A stretch of DNA of 56,962 nucleotides from a virus (taxonomy: Duplodnaviria; Caudoviricetes): the IMG/VR virus record IMGVR_UViG_3300043568_000719, positions 1 to 56,962 of that record. One strand, written 5' to 3'. The notes beneath the pieces are model-generated. The model searched no databases, was not told the DNA's origin, and saw only the letters and a list, made by a program, of their open reading frames with translations. Shown here in pieces: positions 7,367 through 15,891 of the stretch. Position 1 is the first letter of the stretch, and every line of letters starts with the position of its first letter. The translations under genes and the position numbers were made by a program.

Positions 7367-8960
7367 CCTAACACCTTTACAGAAAGACTATGCTGTGTAT
7401 TTGCCAGCTATCAGTTCTTTCTATTCAACTTATGTTGCAAAACAACGACTAGAAGAATTTGTTTCTAAAGATCGAATTCCTGCGGGATTTGATCGTGGCA
7501 TTGAAGGCATGAACTTCTTAAATGCTGATCAAGGATACTTTACCTACAAGTATGCTCTGTATTCAGCAGGTCACGCACAGTTAGATCTTGAAAAGTCAAT
7601 GACTCAAGAATCAATGATACAAGACCGTGATCGACCTAATACAATGATTTTAGGTGATTCAGGTGGATATCAGATTGGTAAAGGTGTTCTTAAGTTTGAT
7701 TGGTTGAACTTTGAAGGGCCAGAAGCTACTAAGACTCGTCAAAAGATTCTTGAGTGGCTTGAACTTACTGCTGACTGGTCAATGATGTTAGACGTTCCAA
7801 CATGGGCATGTGATCATATTCATTCACCAAAGACTGGATTGAAAACATTCGAAGACTGTCTAGAAAAGACTCGCTACAATAACGATTACTTCTTAATGAA
7901 TCGGTTAGGTCAAACCAAATGGCTTAATGTTCTGCAAGGCGGAGACTGGGATACTGCTGAGAAATGGTATGCTGGCGTTAAAGAGTTTAGCGACCCCAAA
8001 GGCAAGTATGCCGGACGTGAAGCTGAAGGTTGGGCATTTGGTGGTGCTAATATGTGCAAGATGGATATCACCCTCAAACGTCTAATGACTATGCGTGACG
8101 AAGGTATGCTAGACGGCAAGAACTGGATTCACTTCTTGGGTACTGCACAGCTAGACTGGTCATGCTATCTAACACAGATTCAAAGACAAATACGTAAACA
8201 TATCAATCCAGAACTTACTATCAGTTTTGACTGTGCAAGTCCGTTCATTGCCACTGCTCACGGACTTGTCTATACAAATGCACAGCATACCAACAAGCGT
8301 TGGTCAGTGATCATGGATAAGGCTCCGGATAATAAAGCACTTGCTGGGCGTCACGACATTCCGTTTCCTTTTGAAAGTGAGTTTGCAAGTCGATTGACTA
8401 TGGGTGATATTGCCTATTACGATTACGGTGTTCGTAAGACTGATCAAGAATTAGCGGGTAAGAAATTTGATCATCTAAATCCAGAACACTATCATACTGT
8501 GCCCAAACTAAACAAGTTAGGCAAGATTCCGAACAAGACCAGTTGGGATAGTTTCAGCTATGCATTAATGATGGGGCATAATGTTGAATGTCATATCAAG
8601 GCAGTACAACGTGCTCAACAGTTAATGGACATTGAATGTGCAAGATTTAAACCAGACTGGAGAATGAAAAGTATTGAAGGCAAAAAAGAAATTGAATTCA
8701 GTGATTGGGTTCCAAACAAAATTCTTTACTTTGGCACATTCGTTGAAGAACTATTCAATACTAGAACTAAAGCAGAAGCATTTGACATGATTGAGACTGC
8801 TGGACTATTCTTGAAATCGTTAGAAGGTGCTCGACTACAAGGAGGGCCTGCTGCAAATACTTTTGGTAGTTTGTTTGAGTTTGATGATGGTAAAAAAGCT
8901 GGAGAAATTGATTTTGCAAATCCAGATGACGATGACCTAAATAGTCTTGTAGCCGAATAA
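7350..8960 (+). CDS. dpdA: TGT-fold guanine transglycosylase, DpdA-like (7-deazaguanine insertion into DNA)
   Basis: Ordered TGT barrel motifs LGDSGGYQ, MMLDVP, LNVLQG, GWAFGG, IHFLG, SFDCAS; no tRNA-TGT Zn motif seen; folE and queE nearby. Confidence 0.8.
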   Translation: MKQPIDLTPLQKDYAVYLPAISSFYSTYVAKQRLEEFVSKDRIPAGFDRGIEGMNFLNADQGYFTYKYALYSAGHAQLDLEKSMTQESMIQDRDRPNTMILGDSGGYQIGKGVLKFDWLNFEGPEATKTRQKILEWLELTADWSMMLDVPTWACDHIHSPKTGLKTFEDCLEKTRYNNDYFLMNRLGQTKWLNVLQGGDWDTAEKWYAGVKEFSDPKGKYAGREAEGWAFGGANMCKMDITLKRLMTMRDEGMLDGKNWIHFLGTAQLDWSCYLTQIQRQIRKHINPELTISFDCASPFIATAHGLVYTNAQHTNKRWSVIMDKAPDNKALAGRHDIPFPFESEFASRLTMGDIAYYDYGVRKTDQELAGKKFDHLNPEHYHTVPKLNKLGKIPNKTSWDSFSYALMMGHNVECHIKAVQRAQQLMDIECARFKPDWRMKSIEGKKEIEFSDWVPNKILYFGTFVEELFNTRTKAEAFDMIETAGLFLKSLEGARLQGGPAANTFGSLFEFDDGKKAGEIDFANPDDDDLNSLVAE

Positions 8961-8969
8961 GGAGTTGAC

Positions 8970-9197
8970 ATGTATCAAAATAGAATAAAGCATCTAGAAG
9001 AAGCGCATCGTGCTTTGGACAAACAAATAGATACTATGGAGAAAACCGGTATCTTTGATGACCTAAAAATAGAAGAATTGAAGAAACAGAGGTTGCGTTT
9101 AAAGGACGATATTGTTATACTTAAACACAAGCACGAAGCAGTGATGCAAGAAGCACAGGCAGAACAAGAAGCAAAAAGAAACGGACTAGAACTATGA
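8970..9197 (+). CDS. YdcH/DUF465-like coiled-coil protein
   Basis: HLEEAHRALDKQI...LKKQRLRLKDDI pattern; AGGAG SD. Confidence 0.7.
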   Translation: MYQNRIKHLEEAHRALDKQIDTMEKTGIFDDLKIEELKKQRLRLKDDIVILKHKHEAVMQEAQAEQEAKRNGLEL

Positions 9198-9340
9198 AAT
9201 GTAATACATGCGGTCAAGAGGTTTCAACCAACTGCGATTGGCAACAAGGTCGTTGCCCGCATCGAATTCCATTCTTAAATGATTATCATTTTCGATATCT
9301 CAACTTAATTAACTCAATCAAAAACTGGTTTAAACGATGA
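9194..9340 (+). CDS. 48-aa putative zinc-binding protein, absent from the ORF track
   Basis: MKCNTCGQEVSTNCDWQQGRCPH...; ATGA overlaps at both ends. Confidence 0.75.
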   Translation: MKCNTCGQEVSTNCDWQQGRCPHRIPFLNDYHFRYLNLINSIKNWFKR

Positions 9341-9870
9341 AAAGAAATTACGAGTCAGGTGTTACTGATGCTATCACTTTCTTCACTGGGATAGAAATCG
9401 AACATACACCTGCATACGGAATGAAAACGCTGTTTGTTGTCGGGGAACATGATCCGTATGTAATCATGGAACTGGCGAGAAATCATAAATGCGAACATAT
9501 CTACTTCGGAGCTAATCAAAGTTTCAAAACGCTAGGCGTCAATGATTCAGCAACGTGGCGTCCTTGGGAGAATATGATTTATGTATGTCTCGATGCTGAA
9601 GATGGATTTTGGTGTACCTTAGACTTTGATGTTAAAGAAACAGAAGGACTGCTTGAAAGCGGTCTTACAGAAAAGCGTAGATTTATTCCGCAGATCAGTG
9701 TAAAATTACCTTATCTAAATCAACTGGGCTATAATGCTACATTAAAGATAGATGACAAAGATTTTAACGCAAGCAATCCTGGGGTGTGGTGCCATAACCT
9801 GCAGGACCTATTAGGAAGAGATCGCTTCACTAATTGGGATCAATATGGCAAAGATGAGATTATCAAATGA
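9337..9870 (+). CDS. Hypothetical protein within the deazaguanine locus
   Basis: 177 aa; GIEIEHTPAYG, HIYFGANQSF and NPGVWCH enzyme-like motifs. Confidence 0.8.
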   Translation: MKRNYESGVTDAITFFTGIEIEHTPAYGMKTLFVVGEHDPYVIMELARNHKCEHIYFGANQSFKTLGVNDSATWRPWENMIYVCLDAEDGFWCTLDFDVKETEGLLESGLTEKRRFIPQISVKLPYLNQLGYNATLKIDDKDFNASNPGVWCHNLQDLLGRDRFTNWDQYGKDEIIK

Positions 9871-10256
9871 GTGGTGGATACGCCGTAGCATCAACTGCAA
9901 AGGTTCCAAGAAGGATTCCAAGGATTACTGGTGCTAATACAGTTAAACGTGCAAGACAATACGTAGAAGAAAGACCTATGAAACTAACATTTAAACAAAG
10001 AATTCGCAACTGGCTAATGAACGACAACGACGATGCTGAGTACGGTAATTCTATCAGCGTTGACGAAGAAGGCCCGAATATTCAAACACAGTCATTTAGA
10101 TTAAATGTCTACAGTGCCGGTGGCGGAACTATTATCGAAACTACCAAATATGATCGTCAAAGAGACGACCACCGTCACAGCCTGCATATAGTCACCGACG
10201 ACAAAGACCTTGGTGAAGAATTATCCAAAATTATCACCATGGAGAGTCTAAGATGA
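9867..10256 (+). CDS. Hypothetical protein
   Basis: ATGA-coupled ORF, 129 aa. Confidence 0.75.
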   Translation: MSGGYAVASTAKVPRRIPRITGANTVKRARQYVEERPMKLTFKQRIRNWLMNDNDDAEYGNSISVDEEGPNIQTQSFRLNVYSAGGGTIIETTKYDRQRDDHRHSLHIVTDDKDLGEELSKIITMESLR

Positions 10257-10501
10257 ACACACAAATTCAAGAAATTCTAAATAAGTCAACAGAAGATATT
10301 ATGGGTGTTCCTGTCGTCAATCAAGAACTATTTGCTAGACTTCTTATAGAAGAATGTGCTAAAATATGTTTTGAACTTAGATTTACCACAGAAGGTCCTG
10401 CAGAAGGTGCATCATATCAACGCACACTCTGCGGAACTGCAATTAAAGAAAACTTTGGACTTCAAGGCAAAGGCCCAATAACTGCAAAGAACGTAAAATG
10501 A
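10253..10501 (+). CDS. Hypothetical protein
   Basis: ATGA-coupled ORF, 82 aa. Confidence 0.7.
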   Translation: MNTQIQEILNKSTEDIMGVPVVNQELFARLLIEECAKICFELRFTTEGPAEGASYQRTLCGTAIKENFGLQGKGPITAKNVK

Positions 10502-10887
10502 TTATTAGACAAGACCAAAGACCTAACAAAATGATTTGGGTTACCTTCCGCAAAGAAGGTATTCACAAATATCCGGCCGCACTTACAGATGCCAACCTTG
10601 CTACAGGTGATGAGTATGATGTAAGTTTTCTAGGATATCCACATCGTCACATCTTCCACTTTAAAGTTTGGATTGGTGTTACGCACGATGACCGCGATAT
10701 CGAGTTCATTCAGTTTAAACGCTGGTTGGAAAAACTGTACGCAGAAGGTACACTCCAACTAGACTACAAGAGTTGCGAGATGATGTCAGGCGATTTGTTT
10801 GACGCTATCTCCAATAAGTATCCAGGTCGCGAGATTTGGATTGAGGTCTCCGAAGACGGAGAAAATGGTTCATTCATCAAATACTAA
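10498..10887 (+). CDS. dpdL: QueD-paralog T-fold protein, DpdL-like (putative CDG decarboxylase)
   Basis: EGIH, LGYPHRHIF (LxxxHRHxF rather than QueD CxxxHGH), SCEMM, C-terminal VSEDGENG; 129 aa. Confidence 0.65.
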   Translation: MIIRQDQRPNKMIWVTFRKEGIHKYPAALTDANLATGDEYDVSFLGYPHRHIFHFKVWIGVTHDDRDIEFIQFKRWLEKLYAEGTLQLDYKSCEMMSGDLFDAISNKYPGREIWIEVSEDGENGSFIKY

Positions 10888-10898
10888 AAGGAACATCG

Positions 10899-11123
10899 AT
10901 GAAAAACTACAAGGACTACAGGTACTTTGAAAATCGTCCTGACGTTGTGAAAGTGTGGGAAGACCTTGAGGCCTACCACGATTGGTGCAGATTTCAACTC
11001 TGCGATTTCAACCCTGCAGATCTCTATCGTAGAGATTCTCAAAACTATGGATCGTATCTTGCCAGTAAGCGGCCAAGACGTCCATATCAAGGCAACAGAC
11101 CAAACTTTCAAAAGAGAGGTTAA
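10899..11123 (+). CDS. Hypothetical protein
   Basis: AAGGA SD, 74 aa, basic C-terminus. Confidence 0.7.
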   Translation: MKNYKDYRYFENRPDVVKVWEDLEAYHDWCRFQLCDFNPADLYRRDSQNYGSYLASKRPRRPYQGNRPNFQKRG

Positions 11124-11126
11124 AAA

Positions 11127-12224
11127 ATGGCACGAGTTTTTCTTATTGATCTAGAAGCAGTTGAGACACGTTACACAGGTCAGTGGAAAACTCATGTGCC
11201 TGCGTTACTTAAAAAGGCAGGACACAATGTTCAAATTATATCTGGGCCTGAAGATATTCCTTCAGCCACTACTCCTGGTGCTTTTCTTAATTTTGGTGGC
11301 ACCAATATATACAAGTCTAGTCAAGTTGAGCAGATGGGCCGGTTATTTTGTAACGGAGCCGTTCATCCCGGCGATCACTTTATCTTTACTGATGCTTGGC
11401 ATCCTGGTATCATAAACTTAAAGTACATGAGTGAGTTGTTGGGTATTCCCGTAACTACACATGGCTTATGGCATGCTGGCAGTTATGATCCACAGGACTT
11501 CTTAGGACGTCTTGTTGGAGATAAACCCTGGGTACGTCATGCAGAGAAGAGTTTCTACCACGCTTTTGATCACAACTACTTTGCCACAGACTTTCACATT
11601 CATATGTTTTACGAGAATTTGATTCAACCTGATCCGGATCGTAAAGTAAGTATGTACAAGACTGTATTTGATGATACTTTATTCACCGACAAGGTTGTTC
11701 GCACAGGATGGCCCATGGAGTATATGACTGATACTCTACTCATGTACAAGAATATGCCCAAGCGTGATCTTATCTTGTTCCCGCATCGTATTGCTCCTGA
11801 GAAGCAGGTCGAAATCTTTCGTGACCTAAAACATCATTTGCCTCAATATGAGTTTGTTGTTTGTCAAGATCAACAACTAACAAAAAATGAATACCATAAT
11901 TTACTAGGTGAAGCTAAAATGGTGTTTAGTGCTAACTTACAAGAAACACTAGGCATCAGTTGGTATGAAGGTGCTATAGTAGATGCTATCCCAATGGTTC
12001 CCGATAGACTAAGCTACAGCGAAATGGCGATGGACACATTTAAGTATCCTAGCAAATGGACTGAATCGTTTGACGCTTACACTGTACATCGTCCAGACAT
12101 CTGTAAAACAATTATAGAGCATATGGAAAATTACAGAACTCGTATACCTAGCCTAAATAAACAGGTAGATATACTAAAAGAAAACTTTTTTAGTTGCAAT
12201 AAACTATTAGAGATGTTAAAATAA
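11127..12224 (+). CDS. GT-B (GT4-like) glycosyltransferase
   Basis: FPHRIAPEKQ and NLQETLGISWYEG (E-x7-E) motifs, PDRLSYSEM; 365 aa. Confidence 0.82.
   Translation: MARVFLIDLEAVETRYTGQWKTHVPALLKKAGHNVQIISGPEDIPSATTPGAFLNFGGTNIYKSSQVEQMGRLFCNGAVHPGDHFIFTDAWHPGIINLKYMSELLGIPVTTHGLWHAGSYDPQDFLGRLVGDKPWVRHAEKSFYHAFDHNYFATDFHIHMFYENLIQPDPDRKVSMYKTVFDDTLFTDKVVRTGWPMEYMTDTLLMYKNMPKRDLILFPHRIAPEKQVEIFRDLKHHLPQYEFVVCQDQQLTKNEYHNLLGEAKMVFSANLQETLGISWYEGAIVDAIPMVPDRLSYSEMAMDTFKYPSKWTESFDAYTVHRPDICKTIIEHMENYRTRIPSLNKQVDILKENFFSCNKLLEMLK
12194..12222 (+). promoter_or_regulatory. Sigma70-type promoter for folE
   Basis: TTGCAA (12194-12199), 17 nt, TG-extended TAAAAT (12217-12222). Confidence 0.55.
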
Positions 12225-12266
12225 TATAATATATGTCATCCACGACATTAACTCGGAGAAACTCAA

Positions 12267-13013
12267 TTGACAGATAAAAAAGAAACAGGCCTAGACGCAA
12301 TGGCAGGCGATGGCGGATATCAAGAAGCATACCTAGGCGATCACATCCGCTTTAAAATGAAACGTGAGGGCAAACGTTTCTGGGCAGGTGACAACATTAG
12401 TGATTACCTGCACGAAGGCGACATAGAAAAACTAATCGACGAAGCAACTCCTGCATTTGAACAAGTGCTAGATAGTTTGCTTATTGATCGTGAAAACGAT
12501 CCCAACAGTAAAGGTACTGCAAGACGACTTGCCAAGATGTACTTTAATGAAATTATGGCAGGTAGATATGAAACAGCACCAGACGCAACAGCATTTCCAA
12601 ACGACTCACAAGACCGATACGAAGGTATGCTGGTGGTACGTAGTGAGTTGCGCTCTATGTGCTCTCATCATCATCAGCCCGTTAGTGGTGTCGCTTACAT
12701 TGGTATCATCGCCGCACAAAAACTTATCGGTCTTAGCAAGTACACTCGTATTGCTCAGTGGTGTGCTCGTCGCGGTACCTTACAAGAAGAACTCTGCAAC
12801 GACATCGCCAGAGAAATAATGAAGGCTACAGATAGCGAGAATGTAGCTGTCTATGTTCAAGCTATTCACGGATGCTGTGAGAATCGGGGCATTATGGCAC
12901 ACAGTTCGTTGACTCAAACAACAGTACTCAAAGGTACATTCAAAGACGACCCTCATACAAAGAAAGAGTTCTTTGATAACATTAAACTACAACAAGAGTT
13001 TGCTCCGAGGTAA
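12267..13013 (+). CDS. folE: GTP cyclohydrolase I
   Basis: SMCSHHHQP, IGLSKYTRI, LQEEL and HGCCENRG motifs; TTG start after a GGAG SD. Confidence 0.95.
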   Translation: MTDKKETGLDAMAGDGGYQEAYLGDHIRFKMKREGKRFWAGDNISDYLHEGDIEKLIDEATPAFEQVLDSLLIDRENDPNSKGTARRLAKMYFNEIMAGRYETAPDATAFPNDSQDRYEGMLVVRSELRSMCSHHHQPVSGVAYIGIIAAQKLIGLSKYTRIAQWCARRGTLQEELCNDIAREIMKATDSENVAVYVQAIHGCCENRGIMAHSSLTQTTVLKGTFKDDPHTKKEFFDNIKLQQEFAPR

Positions 13014-13015
13014 TT

Positions 13016-13312
13016 ATGGGTGATGGTGGTAAAGGATCTAAGGCAAGACCGTTTAGCGTTAGTCAAGAAGAATTTGCTAATAGTTTTGAAAAAATATTCG
13101 GTAAAAAGGATAAAGACATGCAAGTAAGAGTAAAAGAAAATACAGAAGATATCGGTCGGTGCGGATGCGGTCGCAGCCCAACAGGTAAATGCATTGGCTG
13201 GCACGGACTGTCAGACGATATGTATAAACATCAATTAATGTTGTACATGGAAGATCAAATGCGCAGTGACGACGAAGCGGGCACCAATAATATAATCCGA
13301 GGACAACAATGA
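13016..13312 (+). CDS. CDGSH-like [2Fe-2S] domain protein with an N-terminal basic peptide
   Basis: CGCGRSPTGKCIGWH resembles the C-x-C-x2-S-...-C-x-G-x-H CDGSH motif. Confidence 0.65.
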   Translation: MGDGGKGSKARPFSVSQEEFANSFEKIFGKKDKDMQVRVKENTEDIGRCGCGRSPTGKCIGWHGLSDDMYKHQLMLYMEDQMRSDDEAGTNNIIRGQQ

Positions 13313-13527
13313 ACACTGCCAAAGATCTTACAGACAATCTAATCTTTCGTGCTAAAAATCTACAAGAGTTCGTTGTAGAACGAGATTGGGAACTTATTCC
13401 TGCAGGTGTTGTAAAATTTAATATTCAACATACTGTAGGCGAGCCTGCTCGTATTTTTGTACACGCAATGACACGAGAAGAAGCAGAACGTCAAGTTGAC
13501 GATTGGTTCGGTGAAGGTGTGGAATGA
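13309..13527 (+). CDS. Hypothetical protein
   Basis: GAGG SD, ATGA overlap. Confidence 0.7.
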   Translation: MNTAKDLTDNLIFRAKNLQEFVVERDWELIPAGVVKFNIQHTVGEPARIFVHAMTREEAERQVDDWFGEGVE

Positions 13528-13721
13528 TTGATAAAACTCCCTGGGATCGATTGAAAGAGCAATTTAAACCAGATGGCAAAGGTAGATTTAAAACTACTGA
13601 TGCTATGAAGATTGCTGTTCAAATAGATAATGAGAGAATCCAATTAGAGAAAAAGGTGTGGGGATTAAATAAAGAAATAGAAGCATATAAGTCTCATCTA
13701 CGGGCAGTGACAAAACAATGA
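13524..13721 (+). CDS. Hypothetical protein
   Basis: ATGA overlaps on both sides. Confidence 0.65.
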   Translation: MIDKTPWDRLKEQFKPDGKGRFKTTDAMKIAVQIDNERIQLEKKVWGLNKEIEAYKSHLRAVTKQ

Positions 13722-14137
13722 TTAAACCCCTACGTGATGACCTAATGGTGCAACAGCAAGTAGATGATGCCTGGCAGCATTTCGTTGGTGTGATTATGCT
13801 GAACCAAACTGGTCGAAAAGCTGTAAAGACCACACTACCCGAATTCCTATATTGGTTTCCCACAGCGTTGGCACTGCTACACGCAGAAGAAGAGTTTGTC
13901 AAAAGCATAATCCAGCCCTTGGGAATGCTGAATGTTCGTTATAATCGATTGATTAGAATGAGTCAAGACTACTTGACTTGGGACGGAAATGATGCTACAA
14001 TGTTATATGGCATTGGAAAGTACGGCAGCGACAGCTATGAAATTTTTTACAAGAACAATTATAGTGTAGAGCCTACTGATAAAGAACTGATAAGATACCT
14101 CAAGGAAGAAGTTAATAATGTTTTTGAAACTGCTTGA
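13718..14137 (+). CDS. MBD4-like HhH-GPD DNA glycosylase (minimal domain)
   Basis: WQHFVGVIMLNQT, IQPLGM, HhH motif LYGIGKYGSDSYEIF, and VEPTDK carrying the catalytic-position Asp. Confidence 0.85.
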   Translation: MIKPLRDDLMVQQQVDDAWQHFVGVIMLNQTGRKAVKTTLPEFLYWFPTALALLHAEEEFVKSIIQPLGMLNVRYNRLIRMSQDYLTWDGNDATMLYGIGKYGSDSYEIFYKNNYSVEPTDKELIRYLKEEVNNVFETA

Positions 14138-14585
14138 ACGTCTAGGTCGCAAACGTATCATTTTTGATCGGGTGAATAACGAACCGTATCTCGAACGCTA
14201 TTATCTGTTTCTTAAAGAAAGAAATCGTTTTCCATTCAACATATTTTTACATAAATTTCTTAAAGGTGATCCCGACGATGTTCACGATCATCCGTGGCCG
14301 TATGCTACACTAATATTGAAAGGTGGGTACTATGAATATACTCCTAGTTTCGAAAATGGCAAGATGGTTGGAGAAACAAAGCATTGGCGGGGTCCTGGTC
14401 ACTTCCGCATTTGTAGTTCTAATAGCTATCATCGTATCGAACTTAAACCTGGAGTAACTGCTTGGACTCTATTCATGCCAGGCCCTCACAAACGTGAATG
14501 GGGATTTTTAGTCAACAACAAATGGATACAACACGAACAATATCTCAAGGATAGAAATGAACAAACTCAAAATCAACCAGCATGA
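14118..14585 (+). CDS. Cupin-fold protein
   Basis: HDHPW...ILKGGYYE...HRIEL metal-binding cupin pattern. Confidence 0.72.
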   Translation: MFLKLLERLGRKRIIFDRVNNEPYLERYYLFLKERNRFPFNIFLHKFLKGDPDDVHDHPWPYATLILKGGYYEYTPSFENGKMVGETKHWRGPGHFRICSSNSYHRIELKPGVTAWTLFMPGPHKREWGFLVNNKWIQHEQYLKDRNEQTQNQPA

Positions 14586-15096
14586 AGTAAACGGATTAGT
14601 CGGCAAAATCTGTAGAGAACTTGCTACAGGAACGTGGAGACCCGATTATATTGTAGGTATTACTCGAGGCGGATTGATTCCTGCTGTTATGATCAGTCAG
14701 TATTTTAATATTCCATTACATACATTGAACGTAAGTTTACGTGACAGTGAGATTGGGCCTGAAAGCAATCTGTGGATGGCTGAAGATGCACTAGGCCCAC
14801 TATCCAAGGATCGTGCAGTTGATAGCGATACTACTTTTAAAAACATTTTGATTGTGGATGATATCAACGATCAAGGTACCACACTTAACTGGATCATGCA
14901 GGATTGGCCTAGTGGTTGCTTTCCAGACGATCCGGCCTGGGAAGAAGTATGGAACAATAATGTTAAATTTGCTGTATTGGTAGATAATCTTGCCAGCAAG
15001 TGTAATGTTAAAATGGATTATATTGGCATGGAAGTCAACAAAGCCGAAAACGATGTGTGGATTGATTTTCCTTGGGAAGATTGGTGGACTAAATGA
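14557..15096 (+). CDS. Type I phosphoribosyltransferase (xanthine/guanine PRTase-like)
   Basis: IVGITRGGLIPA, PRPP loop ILIVDDINDQGTT, C-terminal WIDFPWE as in Gpt. Confidence 0.9.
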   Translation: MNKLKINQHEVNGLVGKICRELATGTWRPDYIVGITRGGLIPAVMISQYFNIPLHTLNVSLRDSEIGPESNLWMAEDALGPLSKDRAVDSDTTFKNILIVDDINDQGTTLNWIMQDWPSGCFPDDPAWEEVWNNNVKFAVLVDNLASKCNVKMDYIGMEVNKAENDVWIDFPWEDWWTK

Positions 15097-15320
15097 TTGA
15101 TTCGAAAATCAAAGTACATTGTACAGATGCAGGCAAAGATTTTGACATGCATGTACTAGGTTACAAGCCTAAAGCATTTTTAGAAGTTGCATTTCAAACA
15201 ATTAAATTGCGACTGGTCTATACAGAACGCACACGAGCATTTGTCGGTAGTCTAGGTGGACGTGAATTTGTCATTCGTGAAGATGCATTGCCTACAGAAA
15301 GAAAGGAATATCAACGATGA
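15093..15320 (+). CDS. Hypothetical protein
   Basis: ATGA-coupled ORF. Confidence 0.7.
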   Translation: MIDSKIKVHCTDAGKDFDMHVLGYKPKAFLEVAFQTIKLRLVYTERTRAFVGSLGGREFVIREDALPTERKEYQR

Positions 15321-15694
15321 ACCTACACTATTCATTAGATGATGCACGAGATGCAGGTCAGGCACCATGGGACGATGTTGTACAAGATGATTTTCATGTT
15401 GCTATTTTTAAAGACAAGTATCCTGTAACAGAAGGACACTTGTTGTTTGTGCCTAAATACTCAGCTGTAGGTGTTATCGAAGATTGTTTTGCTGATGCAC
15501 TTAGACTTGGTCAAGAAAAGGTCAACAGTGGTGAGTGGGACGGATTCAATATCGGTATGAATTGGGGGGAAGCAGCAGGGCAAACTGTTCCGTATCCCCA
15601 TGTTCATTTGATTCCCAGACGCAAAGGTGATATGGAAGACCCCACAGGCGGTGTTCGCCACGTGATTCCGGAAAAGGGTAACTACAGAAAATGA
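15317..15694 (+). CDS. HIT-family nucleotide hydrolase
   Basis: DKYPVTEGHLLFVPK, GFNIGMNWGEAAGQTVPYPHVHLIPR. Confidence 0.92.
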   Translation: MNLHYSLDDARDAGQAPWDDVVQDDFHVAIFKDKYPVTEGHLLFVPKYSAVGVIEDCFADALRLGQEKVNSGEWDGFNIGMNWGEAAGQTVPYPHVHLIPRRKGDMEDPTGGVRHVIPEKGNYRK

Positions 15695-15891
15695 TAACTG
15701 TACATGTACCATGGAGTCCCAAGGCAGGTAGTATCCCAATTTGGGATGAAATCACTATAAGCATTATAGAACGATTTGGGTTACCTGGGGACAAATACAC
15801 CACAGAGTTAACAGACAGCTACATGAACTTTCTATTTAAGGATGAGCGTGAAGGATTAATGTGTCAACTGTTGGTCAGCGACTATATATGA
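15691..15891 (+). CDS. Hypothetical protein
   Basis: ATGA-coupled ORF, 66 aa. Confidence 0.7.
   Translation: MITVHVPWSPKAGSIPIWDEITISIIERFGLPGDKYTTELTDSYMNFLFKDEREGLMCQLLVSDYI

Noticed and set aside
7350-8960. Ordinary tRNA-guanine transglycosylase for queuosine
   Set aside because: It lacks the C-x-C-x2-C zinc motif of tRNA TGTs, no queC/queF/queA is present, and the context is DNA replication. A DNA-directed role is preferred but unproven.
12233-12262. Canonical preQ1-I riboswitch upstream of folE
   Set aside because: The loop is only 6 nt and the conserved loop and A-rich tail consensus is absent; kept only as a generic structured-leader finding.
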